Shown here: positions 1 to 11,085 of the stretch, in pieces
Layout: every line of letters begins with the position of its first letter
How positions within the stretch are numbered: the stretch's first letter is position 1
Assembly (NCBI GenBank): GCA_977862235.1
Contig: OZ374564.1
Span: 2,046,001-2,110,000 of the forward strand
DNA length: 64,000 nucleotides
Direction: 5' to 3'
Source of the DNA: Dudresnaya verticillata
Lineage: Eukaryota
Position numbers and translations under genes: made by a program
The notes under the pieces: generated by a model
Seen by the model: only the letters and a program-made list of their open reading frames with translations
The model's database searches: none
What the model was told of the DNA's origin: nothing

Positions 1-1780
1 AGAGGATCTCCAGTTCGCATTTGCAGACTTGGAGGAAGGCTGCAGGACGGGTATTTACGAAGAGGTCGGCAGGGAGCACGTGGACAAGGCGGTGGTTCAG
101 GGAGCGATCCTTTCTTCGGCCTTCACCGTCTGGCAGGAGACCGAGAATGGAAAAAAGGGACGTTTCGTACTGAACGTTTCCAAGCAGTCCAAACACTGGG
201 ACAAGGGCTCCGTCAGAATGGAGTCGGTGGCGGAGTTCGCAAGTGGGCTACAACAGGGAGACTATCTGCTCTCGATGGATATCGAGAAGGGATACAGACA
301 CCTTCGTTTAGCCCCTTGGATGCGGGACTGGTTCCTGTTCAAGTACCACGGGCGGTACTTCCGCTGCATCGCATTACCCTTTGGATCGGGGCGCTCACCA
401 ATGTGGTTCACTCGCTTCATGGTGCCGTTCGTAACGGAGTTACGGAGACGGGGATTCCGCGCCCTCGCCTACCTCGACGATTTCTTGATCTCGCCCTCCC
501 CTCTTGGTGTCGTAGCTTCGGTAGAGGACTGCGAGGTTGCTACGAGAGCGATAGACAAGCTGATGAGGAACTTGGGGCTCTCCCGTCACGCAACGAAGGG
601 AGAATGGCAAGGTGCACAGGTAGTCAGTCACCTTGGGGTTGTCGTGGACACGAAGCAGATGAAGTTCTTCGTCCAGTTGCGGAAGGTCGAGAGCGTACGC
701 GTTTTAGCGCGCCGACTCCTCAAGGAAGTACGCGTCGGTCGCCGATGGGTCTCAGAACGAGCCCTGCGTCACTTCTGTGGTGTATGCGTGTCGCTTACGC
801 TGGCTATGCCATGGGCGCGCTTCTACACCCGATCACTATACTGGGACCTGTCCAAAGCACGCATGGATCAACGTGGGAGGCGTCGGATCAGTCACCAGGG
901 CATACGGGACTTGTTGAAGTGGAAGGAGTTGTCCACAGCCGAACTGCAGGGACGCTGCATGCACCCGGTACAGCCCGATGCCGCGATGCATACCGACGCC
1001 GCAGACTTTGGATATGGAGGGACCCTAAATTTCCGCAGCTTTCTTCCTGTAATCGACGGACAATGGCGCGCACAGGGAGTATGGAGCTGGCGAGACCGAG
1101 CTTCCTGCATCTCTCTGCGGGAGTTGAAGGCAATCCGAAAGCTCCTCGCCGGCAAGCTCGGGAGCAAGTTGACCGCTCCAGAAAAGAGGAACCTGCTGCT
1201 ACACGTCGACAACCAGGCTGTAGTCCATGTCGCGAATGCCTTTGTTTCCTCCAGTCGTCCCATGATGCGCGAGCTGCGACGTTTGAAGGTGGTCCTGGAT
1301 CAACTGGGGCTGAATATCCGCAGCGAGTGGATTCCTTCGGCCGTAAACCGTTTCGCAGATGCCCTCTCGCGACGGTTCCCAGCCGGCGACCTCCAGATCC
1401 GCAAGCAGCTGCTGCGTTCCGTGCGGGATGGAATGGCAGCACCAGTCCAATCGTTTCGTTACCGGCCGTTGGGAGAGCATCCCGTCTTCCGACGCCATCA
1501 AGCCTTTCGCGAGCTGGACGCGCGTTGGCACGCGACGGACCAAGTACGGCTGTTATCACCTCCAGTGGACCTGATACAGGCGACAGTTCTCAAGTTGCAG
1601 CGCACCGAGGCCCCCGCAGTCCTCATGATACCAGAATGGCCACGCCAGCCTTGGTACCACGCTTCGATGCGTCTGGCCGGCCGGGTACAACGGCTCCCAC
1701 TCAACACCACGGACGTGTGGGAGGCACAGCGCACACTGAACCCGCAGTGGCGTCTCCTGGCTTTGGAGATCAACCTGTAA
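1..1780 (+). CDS. DIRS-type retrotransposon reverse transcriptase/RNase H with C-terminal methyltransferase-like segment (5' end outside window)
   Basis: Motifs SMDIEKGYRH, ALPFG..RSP, AYLDDFL (RT); MHTDAADFGYGG, ISLRELKAI, VDNQAV, NRFADALSR (DIRS-type RNase H); PPVDLI...IPEWPRQPWY (DIRS MT-like tail). Followed by a tyrosine recombinase. Confidence 0.92.
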   Translation, partial: EDLQFAFADLEEGCRTGIYEEVGREHVDKAVVQGAILSSAFTVWQETENGKKGRFVLNVSKQSKHWDKGSVRMESVAEFASGLQQGDYLLSMDIEKGYRHLRLAPWMRDWFLFKYHGRYFRCIALPFGSGRSPMWFTRFMVPFVTELRRRGFRALAYLDDFLISPSPLGVVASVEDCEVATRAIDKLMRNLGLSRHATKGEWQGAQVVSHLGVVVDTKQMKFFVQLRKVESVRVLARRLLKEVRVGRRWVSERALRHFCGVCVSLTLAMPWARFYTRSLYWDLSKARMDQRGRRRISHQGIRDLLKWKELSTAELQGRCMHPVQPDAAMHTDAADFGYGGTLNFRSFLPVIDGQWRAQGVWSWRDRASCISLRELKAIRKLLAGKLGSKLTAPEKRNLLLHVDNQAVVHVANAFVSSSRPMMRELRRLKVVLDQLGLNIRSEWIPSAVNRFADALSRRFPAGDLQIRKQLLRSVRDGMAAPVQSFRYRPLGEHPVFRRHQAFRELDARWHATDQVRLLSPPVDLIQATVLKLQRTEAPAVLMIPEWPRQPWYHASMRLAGRVQRLPLNTTDVWEAQRTLNPQWRLLALEINL

Positions 1781-1797
1781 CCCGGGCCACTGCTCGA

Positions 1798-2850
1798 ATG
1801 AGACTTGCTGCAGCCGGTTCATCACGCGTACAGGCTATCGCGGGTACCAGTGAAGGGGCTCAGCGTTCGCTACAGCTGGTGGCCTCCTTTGCATGGAGCC
1901 CACGTACTGTGCAATATAGAAACAGCCAATGGGAGACATGGGTTCAGTTCTGTACTGAGGAGAACGGAACAATTCTCCCAGTCACCGAGGGACACCTGGT
2001 CGCGTACATTGGATGGCTGTGCCTAGCGCGGAAACGAGGGACCCGTCGCGTTGGATCCGCATCGGTGCCTCAGTACCTCAGCGCCGTCAGACAGATACAA
2101 CTTCTGCTGACGGGTGAACACGTCCCGTCTTTTCCGTTCGTCTCGCATGTACTGCGGGCGTACTCCCGATGGGAAGAAGACACGTACCCAGCTGCAAGTG
2201 TCCGGTGTGAAATACCTGCCAAGTCCGTTCATCAGATATAGGCATTAGGGATGACAAGCCCAACTATCAGAGTTATCCGTGATTGTGCCATGGTTGTATG
2301 CTCGTTTTGTTTTAATGGTCTTCGAGAGAGCTCTGTGAATGCACAGTTGTCCGTCAACGTGGACCTGGAGGAGAGTCATGTGATTGCTCGCCTGACAATG
2401 GTAAAGGGCCAACGGGCGAGCAAGGTGGCACTGGTACGGTACGACCGCTTACCGTCACTCCAGTCCCCGATTGACCTCTGGAGCCGTTGGGACGCGGTTC
2501 GTGGAACACGTCCTATAAGTCGCTTCTTCGCCCTTCCTGGGGAGAGCGCAGAGACGGCACGGACATTACTGAATGATGCCCTTCAGCGTTGCTTACAACA
2601 TCTCGCCCTCCAGCCGCCCCTGCATGCGAAATTTACGTCACATTCGTTACGTATCGGTGCCCACACCGAACAAGTACTGTTGGGCATCCCGCTCGCGGTG
2701 CGGCTTGCGCGTTTCGGCTGGGGCCCAAATAGTGACGCCATGGCTCATCTCTATTTCGATCGCACGCTTCGGACTACCGCCGATTCTTTCTGGTTTTTCG
2801 GGAGCGGAGCCGGCCTTCCCTGCCCCGCTACCGTTTCCACAGTCGCATGA
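1798..2850 (+). pseudogene. DIRS tyrosine recombinase, interrupted by one in-frame TAG (2239-2241)
   Basis: N-terminal core-binding region (WSPRTVQYRNSQWETWVQFC...YLSAV), then GLRESS, SHSLRIGA (HxxR), GWGPNS and HLYF. ORF 316-2241 and ORF 2251-2850 are in frame across the single stop. Confidence 0.9.
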
Positions 2851-3525
2851 TTCGACTGCCGCCGCTTTGTGGCACCGGTTCATGCCTCGGGTATTATATG
2901 GGGGGTTTCATGTGGTGTAGAGCCTCTTTATGCGCATGAAACGTAATGACAATGCATAGCAAGGGTGTGCATGCGTGTGCACGTCGCGCCGCGTACGATG
3001 CTGTGATCCATTAAAATCCGGATTCGGGTCATCCGGTCTGGATCACAGGCTGTACGAAATGGATCACCTCGCCGTCGCCGCCGCCGCATCGAGTCTCTAC
3101 TTGAGACGAGAGTGCACCCACCAGGTCGACAGAGCCTCCCGGGTGTGCCTCTCTCTTTCCCGCCCTCCCTCCCTTCTTTCAGACTGGTACCTCTCTCTTT
3201 AACGGGTAGTAGGAACCAATGCTGTTAGTATATCCGAATAATCTCCGTATGACAATAGTAATTAAGGGTTAGTTCTTTTGCTGCTGGGAGGCTCTCCCAA
3301 TAGGGGAGGAGGCCGCGCAAACTTGCCCCAGCTGGCTAGTAAACATCATTGTTTCTGCTTCCTAAAGGAATAGGTCATGAATCCCATTTTACGCAAAACG
3401 GCACGCAAAACAAGGTAAAGCGGTCGCCCGGCATAAACAGGGAGAAAAAGGCGCTAAAGATCGAACGCCTTTTTTCCTTGGCCCGTTGAAAAGGGCTTCG
3501 TTTGAAACAATTAGCTGGTACCACG

Positions 3526-5863
3526 TCACTCGGTTGCTGCATCTCTGTCGCTCTCGGCAGGAGGACCATCGTAGTTGAGAGCCCTGCTCGCGGCAGCAAC
3601 TGAATCCCTTAGCTTTGCGGCTGCCCTGCGCTCGCGGAAGCTCCTCACGCCAGGAGCGAAGGCCTCGACGGGAAGGCCACATAAGCGCGCACAACGCGCC
3701 GGCCGCTCCGAACGAACGCGCATTGCGAAAGCGGCAGCGGCGGCCCGGGACTGCTCTTCCGCAAGCTTTCGCTCGGAACGGTGCCGCTGTTCTGCATCAC
3801 GTCTTCGCGCGTCCGCATTGCGCTTTTCGCGCACCAGCTGCATGACGTACGGGGCATTCATGACACAGCCGTTGGTAGTATCAATAAAGCCGCTCGCAGT
3901 AATGTGGCACAACGGTGATTTGCGCCAAGTGGGCGTTCGACGCTGTAAGTCGTAACGGGCCAATACCCTGTAAGACACTGTCATTGCTGGACTACGCCAT
4001 GATGCGACACGCGACTGGCGCCTGGCGCGAAATCATCAGCGCCTGAGACGCGCCATAGGCACCTGATCATTGGTGCGGCGCTGGGATATTTCCCGATTAT
4101 ACGCCGCCACAGGGGCATAGATCCGCCTCCCATTGCTCAATGAAATTCGTGTACAGTACACTGTAGTATTTAGTATTAGCACGGGCACAAGCCCTATTTA
4201 TTGGTCCCCTGAATAGCAGGGCACCCCTGATTGAACCCCACTGGGAGTTTCTCGGTCTTGACCATTTTCTGGATTCCGGGCGCTTCCCGTTCCCTTTTTG
4301 GACGCCAACTACAGGCTCGTCGCCGTACGGCAGGTTCCCTGCGGAATACCGGGTCGCGTCCCCCTTTTTCGTTTTCCCTTTTCCTGGCCTAGCGCCATTC
4401 TACCAAGCCTCTACCACACCCGAGCTACCCGTGAGCACGACGGTTTCGGACAGGTGTCCTTTGTTCTTTATGCTCTTCCTGGGCTGGACCCGTTGTGCTA
4501 CAAGTAATAATAGCATCCTCTCCAAGCACCTTGTTGCGAATCTCTGAACGGCGCCATTCAAACAAATTCTGTACCTCCTCGACAAAAACTATTTCAGCAT
4601 CAGCTGTTCCATCACGGGGCCTCGGAGCCCCCAACAACCGCGAGGCATCGCACGGCCAGATACCAGAGCGCCGAAAAGAAGAGTTAATGTTCATGTGTGT
4701 AAAGGATGTCAGGTACGCAGCTCGCAATAAAGCACAAACGTCAAACACATCCCATTCCTTCCCCTGAACCGTCTTGGCGGTGTCCGAAACTATTTTGTTC
4801 AATGAATGTTTAAAAGCAGAGAACTGCACGACGTCCAGAGGTTGGGTTTTCCCCGTTGTATGCGCCGGTAATGCGTACACGATGACATTGCCATCTAACA
4901 AAATTTCGAGTACTTCCAAAGACAAGTGGGCACGGTACCCATCATAAATGAGCAACAATTTCCCGGATTGAGTCCTGTCCTTAACGTACTCAACAAAAGT
5001 GCGTTCCCAGCTCCTAAAGTTCGAAGAATCCACTCCGCCGGTCTCCTTTCTTAGGGCGATTACTACACCATGCGGTAGTACTGTAGCAGGAGAGTCGTAA
5101 ACTGTTTTGCCATTGCGCGTCACAGTGCGAAAGGGCAAACGGGTCCCTTTGAATACGAAGAGAGGCGGACCGGCTTTTCCATTTGCGCAAATAACAGGCA
5201 TCATCGTGATACGTTCAAGTCGTTTGAGAGAATCGGAAGTTTACAATCCCTGTTTCCAAACTCTTGGCATGAACCGTTTAGTCGTTATCCCCGTTATGTA
5301 CTTTCCGGGCGTAACGCCTGTCTCGTCTAGGTTGAGAATCCGGGACTCATCGAGTCCGTGTTCTTCGATGAGACGTTCCATTGTTGCAAAATGTTTCGTC
5401 AGCACTGTACTGTTAACTGCGGCGAATCGTTTCGCCTCTTGGCTAAGTGGCTTGGAAAAAACAGTTGTTTTGAGTGTCGTCGACGGAAGCTGCGTAGAAA
5501 AGCAGGCCCCGGGGAAACGCGAGAGAACGGTAGCATCAGGCGCCCTACAGGCGACATTCTGCCAACCACAATTTCGATGGCTTCGCGAAGGTGTTGCTGG
5601 CTGAGCGGCACGCCGCGTTGGAAAAACTTAACAAGGAAGTCAACGAGCATCTGTTCCTCCTGCGGCTTAAGTGCAACTTTTCGCCCTCGTTTGCGTATTT
5701 CCTTTTCTGGGTTCGTCACATGAGAATGGAGGGTCCCCATGGAGACTTGAAATGTTGCTGCTGCTTTCCGGTAGGCCATGCCTGCCTTCACCGCGGCGAC
5801 GGAAGCGTGGAGGTTACTGCGGGCCTGCGGGGAGGAGCTTCGGTTGTTGTGACGGTTAACCAT
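3526..5863 (-). mobile_element. pogo/Fot1-like (Tc1/mariner superfamily) DD35D transposase pseudogene, interrupted by a solo LTR
   Basis: Psq-type HTH (AVKAGMAYRKAAATFQVSMGTLH) and CENP-B-like HTH; catalytic NLDETG, YDGYRAH and QPLDV with 35 residues between the last two Asp. Frameshifted near 5.45 kb. The frame rejoins across 3903-4502 (GEDAIIT|ASGFIDTTNG). TIRs not identified. Confidence 0.88.
3903..4502 (+). mobile_element. Solo LTR (600 bp) with 5-bp TSD AGTAA
   Basis: Termini TGTGGCACAACGG...CCGTTGTGCTACA (12/13 inverted match). AGTAA at 3898-3902 and 4503-4507. Similar to 60.85-61.09 kb and, in reverse, to LTR-B. Confidence 0.92.
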
Positions 5864-6591
5864 GATGGGCCTTAAGGACTGGTGGGTCTGGAGGAGGGTG
5901 GGATGCGATGGGGGGGAAGGGTCGGCGGAAAGGCTTTGAGAAGCACGTTTTTGCATTTGTTTGCATGCGCACGCGCCCTTTTTGTTTGAAAAGTCTGCCG
6001 TTTACAGTACTTGACGTGCCGAAGCAATTGTTCGGGTCAGTTGCAGAATTTATCCACGCTGTATTTTGTAAACCATCCCCGAACAAGAGACACTGGCGCC
6101 TTCCGTTCAGAATCGTTCAGAAAATTACTGAAATATATGTTCATTCATTGTCGCGCCGTTCAGCAATTTTCGCACCCCCCCTTTACTACCTCGGAGGCGC
6201 GTTCAATTGTGGCTCGTATTCCGGTACAGCCTGCCAATATCGATTCACGGGGTGCACACAAGGCCAGGTTTGGTATTTTGCCTTCTGCCAGGATGGACCT
6301 TGCCTCACAGATCCCGGAGCCTTCAATTAGGGAACAAGTGGTTCCACAAGAGTATGCGCCCCCCAATATGGCAATTTACAAAGCAAGGGCTCTCAACTAT
6401 GCAATAGAAGCATCTCCAGCAAGATCAATGTATTGGGCTGTACATTTAGACGAAGAAACACGCTTTGATTCGGATACAATACGGGCGATTTTGCAGCACT
6501 GTGGCAGGGATGCATACTTTACGAGGGTGACAAAATCACAGCAATGGCCACGAAAAGGACAAGGGCCGATTCTTTATGGACGTGCCCTAAC

Positions 6592-7358
6592 TGTAGTGCA
6601 ACGATATCGCCCCTTTTCGTGTTACTGTACCACGTGATCAGCGCGTTACTCGCGAAGGTGTACACACCTGTGCTCATCAGGTAGCACACGTGGCCACGCC
6701 GGCCCACTTCGGACGCGCGCAGCCCATTCTGGACCTGCCCGCGCGCGCTCCTATGACTTACATTTCCCTTCACAGTAGTCGACACTCAGTGTACACTAGG
6801 TAAACTGAAGTGTCAGTGTTAGTTTATTGTAGGCAGTGTATGGTAGCCCTAGCTATCCTACCGCCGTGGCCAGGGACTTAAAGCGAGTAGCGCCAGCCAC
6901 CCTCAGTAAACCAACCCCAAGCATGGGCTCTGCAGCTGAGTTCCCCCGCGCCTGACCCAGGAGCTCGTTGCTCGGCGTCACCGCTGGCTAAGGCTAGCGC
7001 AACCCGTGCCAACCGCCTGCCCGACGCTCCCTATGCGCACCTCCCTGCTGCTCCTCCCCGCGCCGCGTTCGGCTCCCTTCATTTCCCTGTTTCTACCTCT
7101 CCAGCACACCCCTTCCGGTCCTCCCCTTATCACTTCATCCTCCCTTCACCTTTGGCGTCTACGCCCCTTCACTGGTGTTTACACCTACTTTTGGCGACCA
7201 CGCCCACACACAATCCGACGGTGTTTACAGTCCGCCGCCGGGTTGCTTCCTAGCTCTACCACCAAGTTTACACGATACTCACGCGTGATCGCGCAGCTAC
7301 CCTCCCGAGCCCGAACGCTCTGGGGTGCTCTACAGCCGCGTGTGGCCATTGCACCACA
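6592..7358 (+). mobile_element. Older solo LTR related to the 20745-21348 LTR
   Basis: Termini TGTAGTGCAA...TTGCACCACA. Shares U5-end motifs (GTGTTTACAGTC, GCTCTACC, ATTGCACCACA) with the reverse complement of 20745-21348. Flanks CTAAC/GTAAT match only 3/5. Confidence 0.65.
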
Positions 7359-8028
7359 GTAATAGATAGATTTGTTACTGGAGACGACTTAGGAACTGGA
7401 AACTGGTTATCCATGCTCGCGGATTCGGGCCGAGTCTCCAACCCTACACTCTGCCACTGGAGCATGCGCGCTCAACACACATGTTGCAGCCGCATCACCT
7501 CCAAGACCTCCGGCCGCTTCCGCAATGCGCGCCGATAGTTTCGTCGTGTGCGTTGCTACCGCCACGACAGCCGGGGCCGACGCCACGCGCACGCAGCTCC
7601 ACACGCCTCGCGCGGGACGTTCGTCATGTCATGTTACTGAACGTAGGCGGAAGGACTACTGGTTAACACAACGACTATGAAATGCTGAAGATCGAACATC
7701 GAGACCATGACATTATCAAGCATTGAGGTGAATTTATACCGATATGTCGCTGTACGCCGGGAGATAAAAACTGGTTTTATATTCTTTCAGCACCTGCCCC
7801 TTTCGAGACATGAGTTGAACCCTCGTGCGTACGTACGAGCCTACAAGCCGTTTTCGCAGTTGTTGGACTTTTGCTTCTCGTTTCAACACTTAAGCCGTCG
7901 TGTGTGACTGCTTTGAGATGTTCCTACTCTCACCACTGCGCTTTCCCAGTCTTTGGCTCACAGGTCCGGTCCAGAGCTGCCCCGATTGGACCATTGGGCT
8001 GGTTGCGAGGGCAGCGTGCGGGGCTCCG

Positions 8029-8708
8029 TGTGGTGAAGTGAGATTCGGCATCCAAGACGGTGGAAATGCATATAGTGTGGTCTCTACCGTTGTGAGACGT
8101 GTGAACGTGTATCCGTGTCGGTGCTGTGGGCATTGCTGTACGCTGGTACGCATTGCTGTACAGCAGTGTAGCGCACCAACCATACTGTGGCGGAGTATTT
8201 GTAATATTTATTCCTTATTTTCAGTGAGTATCTGTACAGTGTGTAGAGTAACGCGCCAGCCAATGAGAATTCTGCGCTTGTCCGTGTCGGAGATTGGGAC
8301 CAGCAGGGCCGATTCCACCATGGGTCCAGACCACTAGGGTCTGGCCCACACGGACCGGACCGCTCGGTGCCACCTTGACTTGTATATCAAGGCGGCACCG
8401 CAGCGGCTCCTAAGGTAAACCGGCAAGCAACCCTTGAGCCTCAATCCCACTGTAGCTCTTTCCTTTACGGTTTTCCCCGCGCCGAGCCCGTTGCGGTCTA
8501 CCACCACCACCATTACGGAGTCCGTCCCGGCACTTGTACCACCCCCTTGTCTGTCGCTTCCCAATATCCGTTTCGGTTAGCCGCGCGCTGTTCTCCCATC
8601 TCGGTGCGAACTGCTCTACCACCCCGTGGAGGTAGTGTCGCTCTCGTCCCGTGTAGAAAGTTAGGCCAGATGTCCGTTACGGAGTTCGTGGGTTTTCACT
8701 ACACCATA
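8029..8708 (+). repeat. LTR family A, 5' LTR (long subtype)
   Basis: TGTGGTGAAGTG...CACTACACCATA. Homologous to copies at 12329, 20528, 35806 (reverse) and 60085. Confidence 0.92.
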
Positions 8709-8713
8709 TATTT

Positions 8714-8732
8714 TGGTCTCCCGACCTGGAAC
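8714..8732 (+). promoter_or_regulatory. Primer-binding site of element A (probably tRNA-Tyr)
   Basis: TGGTCTCCCGACCTGGAAC lies just after the 5' LTR. Its complement ends ...UCGGGAG-A-CCA. Confidence 0.75.
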
Positions 8733-8856
8733 ACCGTCACGGTTGGAAGAAACAGCCGTCGAAATCCGCTACGGTAGGAATTCGGCTGTACCGACAACCC
8801 GTTACAGAATATTTGATAGACAAGCAAGAACAACCTTTGTGTTCCGTTAAGGTATC

Positions 8857-10179
8857 ATGCAGAACGAAGAAGACGCAGACCCTCCCGTTACGGAACCTAA
8901 AGCGGGTGATACTACCCCCGCTGCGTGCAGTCTGCGCAGTGAAGGAGGTGAAATCCGTTCCGGAGTGGAGAACCCAGAAGACATCCTAAAGGGTGCTGCT
9001 GGTAAAGCTCCCCGTTCCCGTGTCGGATCAGGCGCCTCTAAGAAGGCAGCTCCGCAACCGAAGCCGGAATCCCATTGGGTCCACTGGGTCCTGTCGGAGG
9101 TCTTTCCTAGGGTGTTAGAGCATCTCCGATTGGAAGTACAACCTGGAATGGTAAAAGAGGTGGAGATATCCCTCTCGGAAACTGTTCCGTCTTTGGTTAA
9201 TTCCTATCTGGAGCAGCACCTTCCTCAGATAGTGCAAGCTCTGATCCTACAGGAAAAGGTGGCCGCTGAGCTCGAGAGCCAGATTGCTCCCGGCATGGCA
9301 AGGCCTCCCGCTACGGAAGCTTTTACTGAGCAACCACCGTTACGGAATGACTTCCCGGTCGAGAGACGAACGCAGCAGCCGCAACAACCCCCCGTTATGG
9401 GATTACAGTACCCTCTGGGCAACTGCCACCGGCTCCCGTAACGGATTCTCAACATCAATACGCCCCTACGGGACCAACACACACTCAGCCACCGTCACGG
9501 TATTCTCCTGGACACGTAGATGTGCCTACGCCAGGGCGCTATCAGCAAGAGCGCTATACCGTTCCGGTTCGATCAGGTGGAGGCAGCAACCATCTCAGCG
9601 ATGCGTCCAGCTCACCCCATCCGAGTCGGAGGACCGGTCGAGGTCAGCATAAACGAGGTGCCCGACACTCCCGCTCTGACCCGCCCCGTCGGTCGCACAT
9701 GGGCGACCACACCCAGCGACGACGCCACCAATCTGGTATGGAATCTAATGAGAGCAGCTCAGAAGATAGCCAACACCGCCGCCGAAAGAGGAGAAACAGA
9801 AGATCGCGGAAACGCAAGAAAAGGCATGACTCCTCTACCTCTACGGATTCAGACTCAGAGAGTTCTTCCGTAACGGATAGAGAGAACAGGCACCGGACCA
9901 GAAAACACGGTGCCAAATCCGTAAAGGTGAAGGTAATCCGGCCGCTACATGACAAGTTTGTCAAGGCGCTGGGCTACCGCACTTACCGATTGGATAAGAG
10001 GAGTAAGACGTACGGCTCTAAGTTCTCACAGAACATGAACCGTATACGGAAGAAACTCGACGTCAAGATGTCGTCCCATACATTCGATGAGACGGACCCT
10101 ATTACCGTCTTGGGATTTCTCGTCAAGTTCCGTGACGGTTGTAATATCAACGGCATCGCCGAAGGGGTTGCCGTCTGGT
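8857..10179 (+). pseudogene. gag of element A (frameshifted, 3' truncated)
   Basis: ALGYRTYRL...HTFDETDPITVLGFL...GIAEGVAVW is homologous to element B gag (VLSYRRCRL...RRFDGKDPVSIIGFL...VSEGAVIL). Confidence 0.8.
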
Positions 10180-11085
10180 GATCATCACTCCGATTGGGAT
10201 CTGTACCTGCAACCGTTGACGTATGCGTACAACATGCAGATACACCGAATTACGGAAACAACGCCATTTGATTTGGTGCTGACACGCCACCCATCGGATA
10301 TTGTTTACGAGGGGCTCCTGTCGAGCATCAAGAAACCGTTACGGAAGGGCGTATGACCCTGGTGCTCCTGAAGCGGAGCACCATGCGCCGTTTACGGTAT
10401 GCGCTGCAGACAGCGCGCACGAAGCAGACAGTGGCTCAGCAAAAAGCCAAGGCACTGTTTGACCGTAAGGTGCGCTTTAGGCCCATAATCCGTAGCGGAG
10501 ATCAAGTCTATGTCGACCGGCCGCCCCACAACTTGCGGCCTGCCGAACGCGGTGAGCGGTACCGATTGGAAGGCAAACCGGATGATTTGAGCGAGGTGGC
10601 TCAAGAAATGAAGAAAATCCTTCCGAGAGCCACGGGGCCTTATGAAGTGGAATCCGCAACGGAACATGTGGTTACAATCCGCAAGGAAGGGGTATTGATC
10701 CCAGTAAGTATCGATCGCATCACGAAGGTTCCGATCGGGGTTGCAGTTCAGCCGGCGCCCCTAACAGTGCCGCCTGTCACGCCATCAACCGTTTACGGAG
10801 AAGTAGTGCCACATTCAGAAGGTACTACAGTAGTACCTCCTTCTGAAGGTACTACTCCCTCCGCGAGCCGATACGGAATATGTGATCGACAAGATTGTCG
10901 GTGACCGCGAAGAACCTACTGGGATGACATACAAAGTCCGCTGGTATGGCTACCCTCCGGATCAGGATACCTATGAGCCCGCTAAGGAACTACCCCAGAA
11001 CTTCATTTACCGCTATTGGAAGCAAAAGCGTAAGAGCTCCGCGAGGGAAACGACACGGCGACGTGCCACAAAAGCACGCCGCTAA
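10180..11085 (+). pseudogene. Integrase C-terminal region and chromodomain of element A (frameshifted)
   Basis: DWDLYLQPLTYAYNMQIHRITETTPFDLV; GPY motif; chromodomain VIDKIVG...YKVRWYGYPPDQDTYEPAKEL. Confidence 0.88.

Larger units (their letters stand above)
1..3200 (+). mobile_element. DIRS-like tyrosine-recombinase retrotransposon (3' part; right boundary approximate)
   Basis: RT-RH-MT ORF overlapped by the frame that encodes the YR, followed by a structured 3' non-coding segment. Confidence 0.85.

Noticed and set aside
2992..3070. Hammerhead ribozyme in the DIRS tail
   Set aside because: There is no proper CUGANGA core arranged with GAAA and three stems; only a hairpin is supported.
3200..6240. 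Terminal inverted repeats of the pogo-like element
   Set aside because: Only a short partial match (TATCCGAATA vs TATTCCGGTA) that does not extend.
6011..6637. 208-aa ORF as a gene
   Set aside because: No recognisable motif, and its end runs into the solo LTR at 6592. It may be a decayed gene but I cannot name it.
7900..8777. Recurring short ORFs (MGSDRQGGG, MVEQFAPR etc.) at 8, 12, 21, 36 and 60 kb
   Set aside because: They are incidental translations of LTR family A copies.
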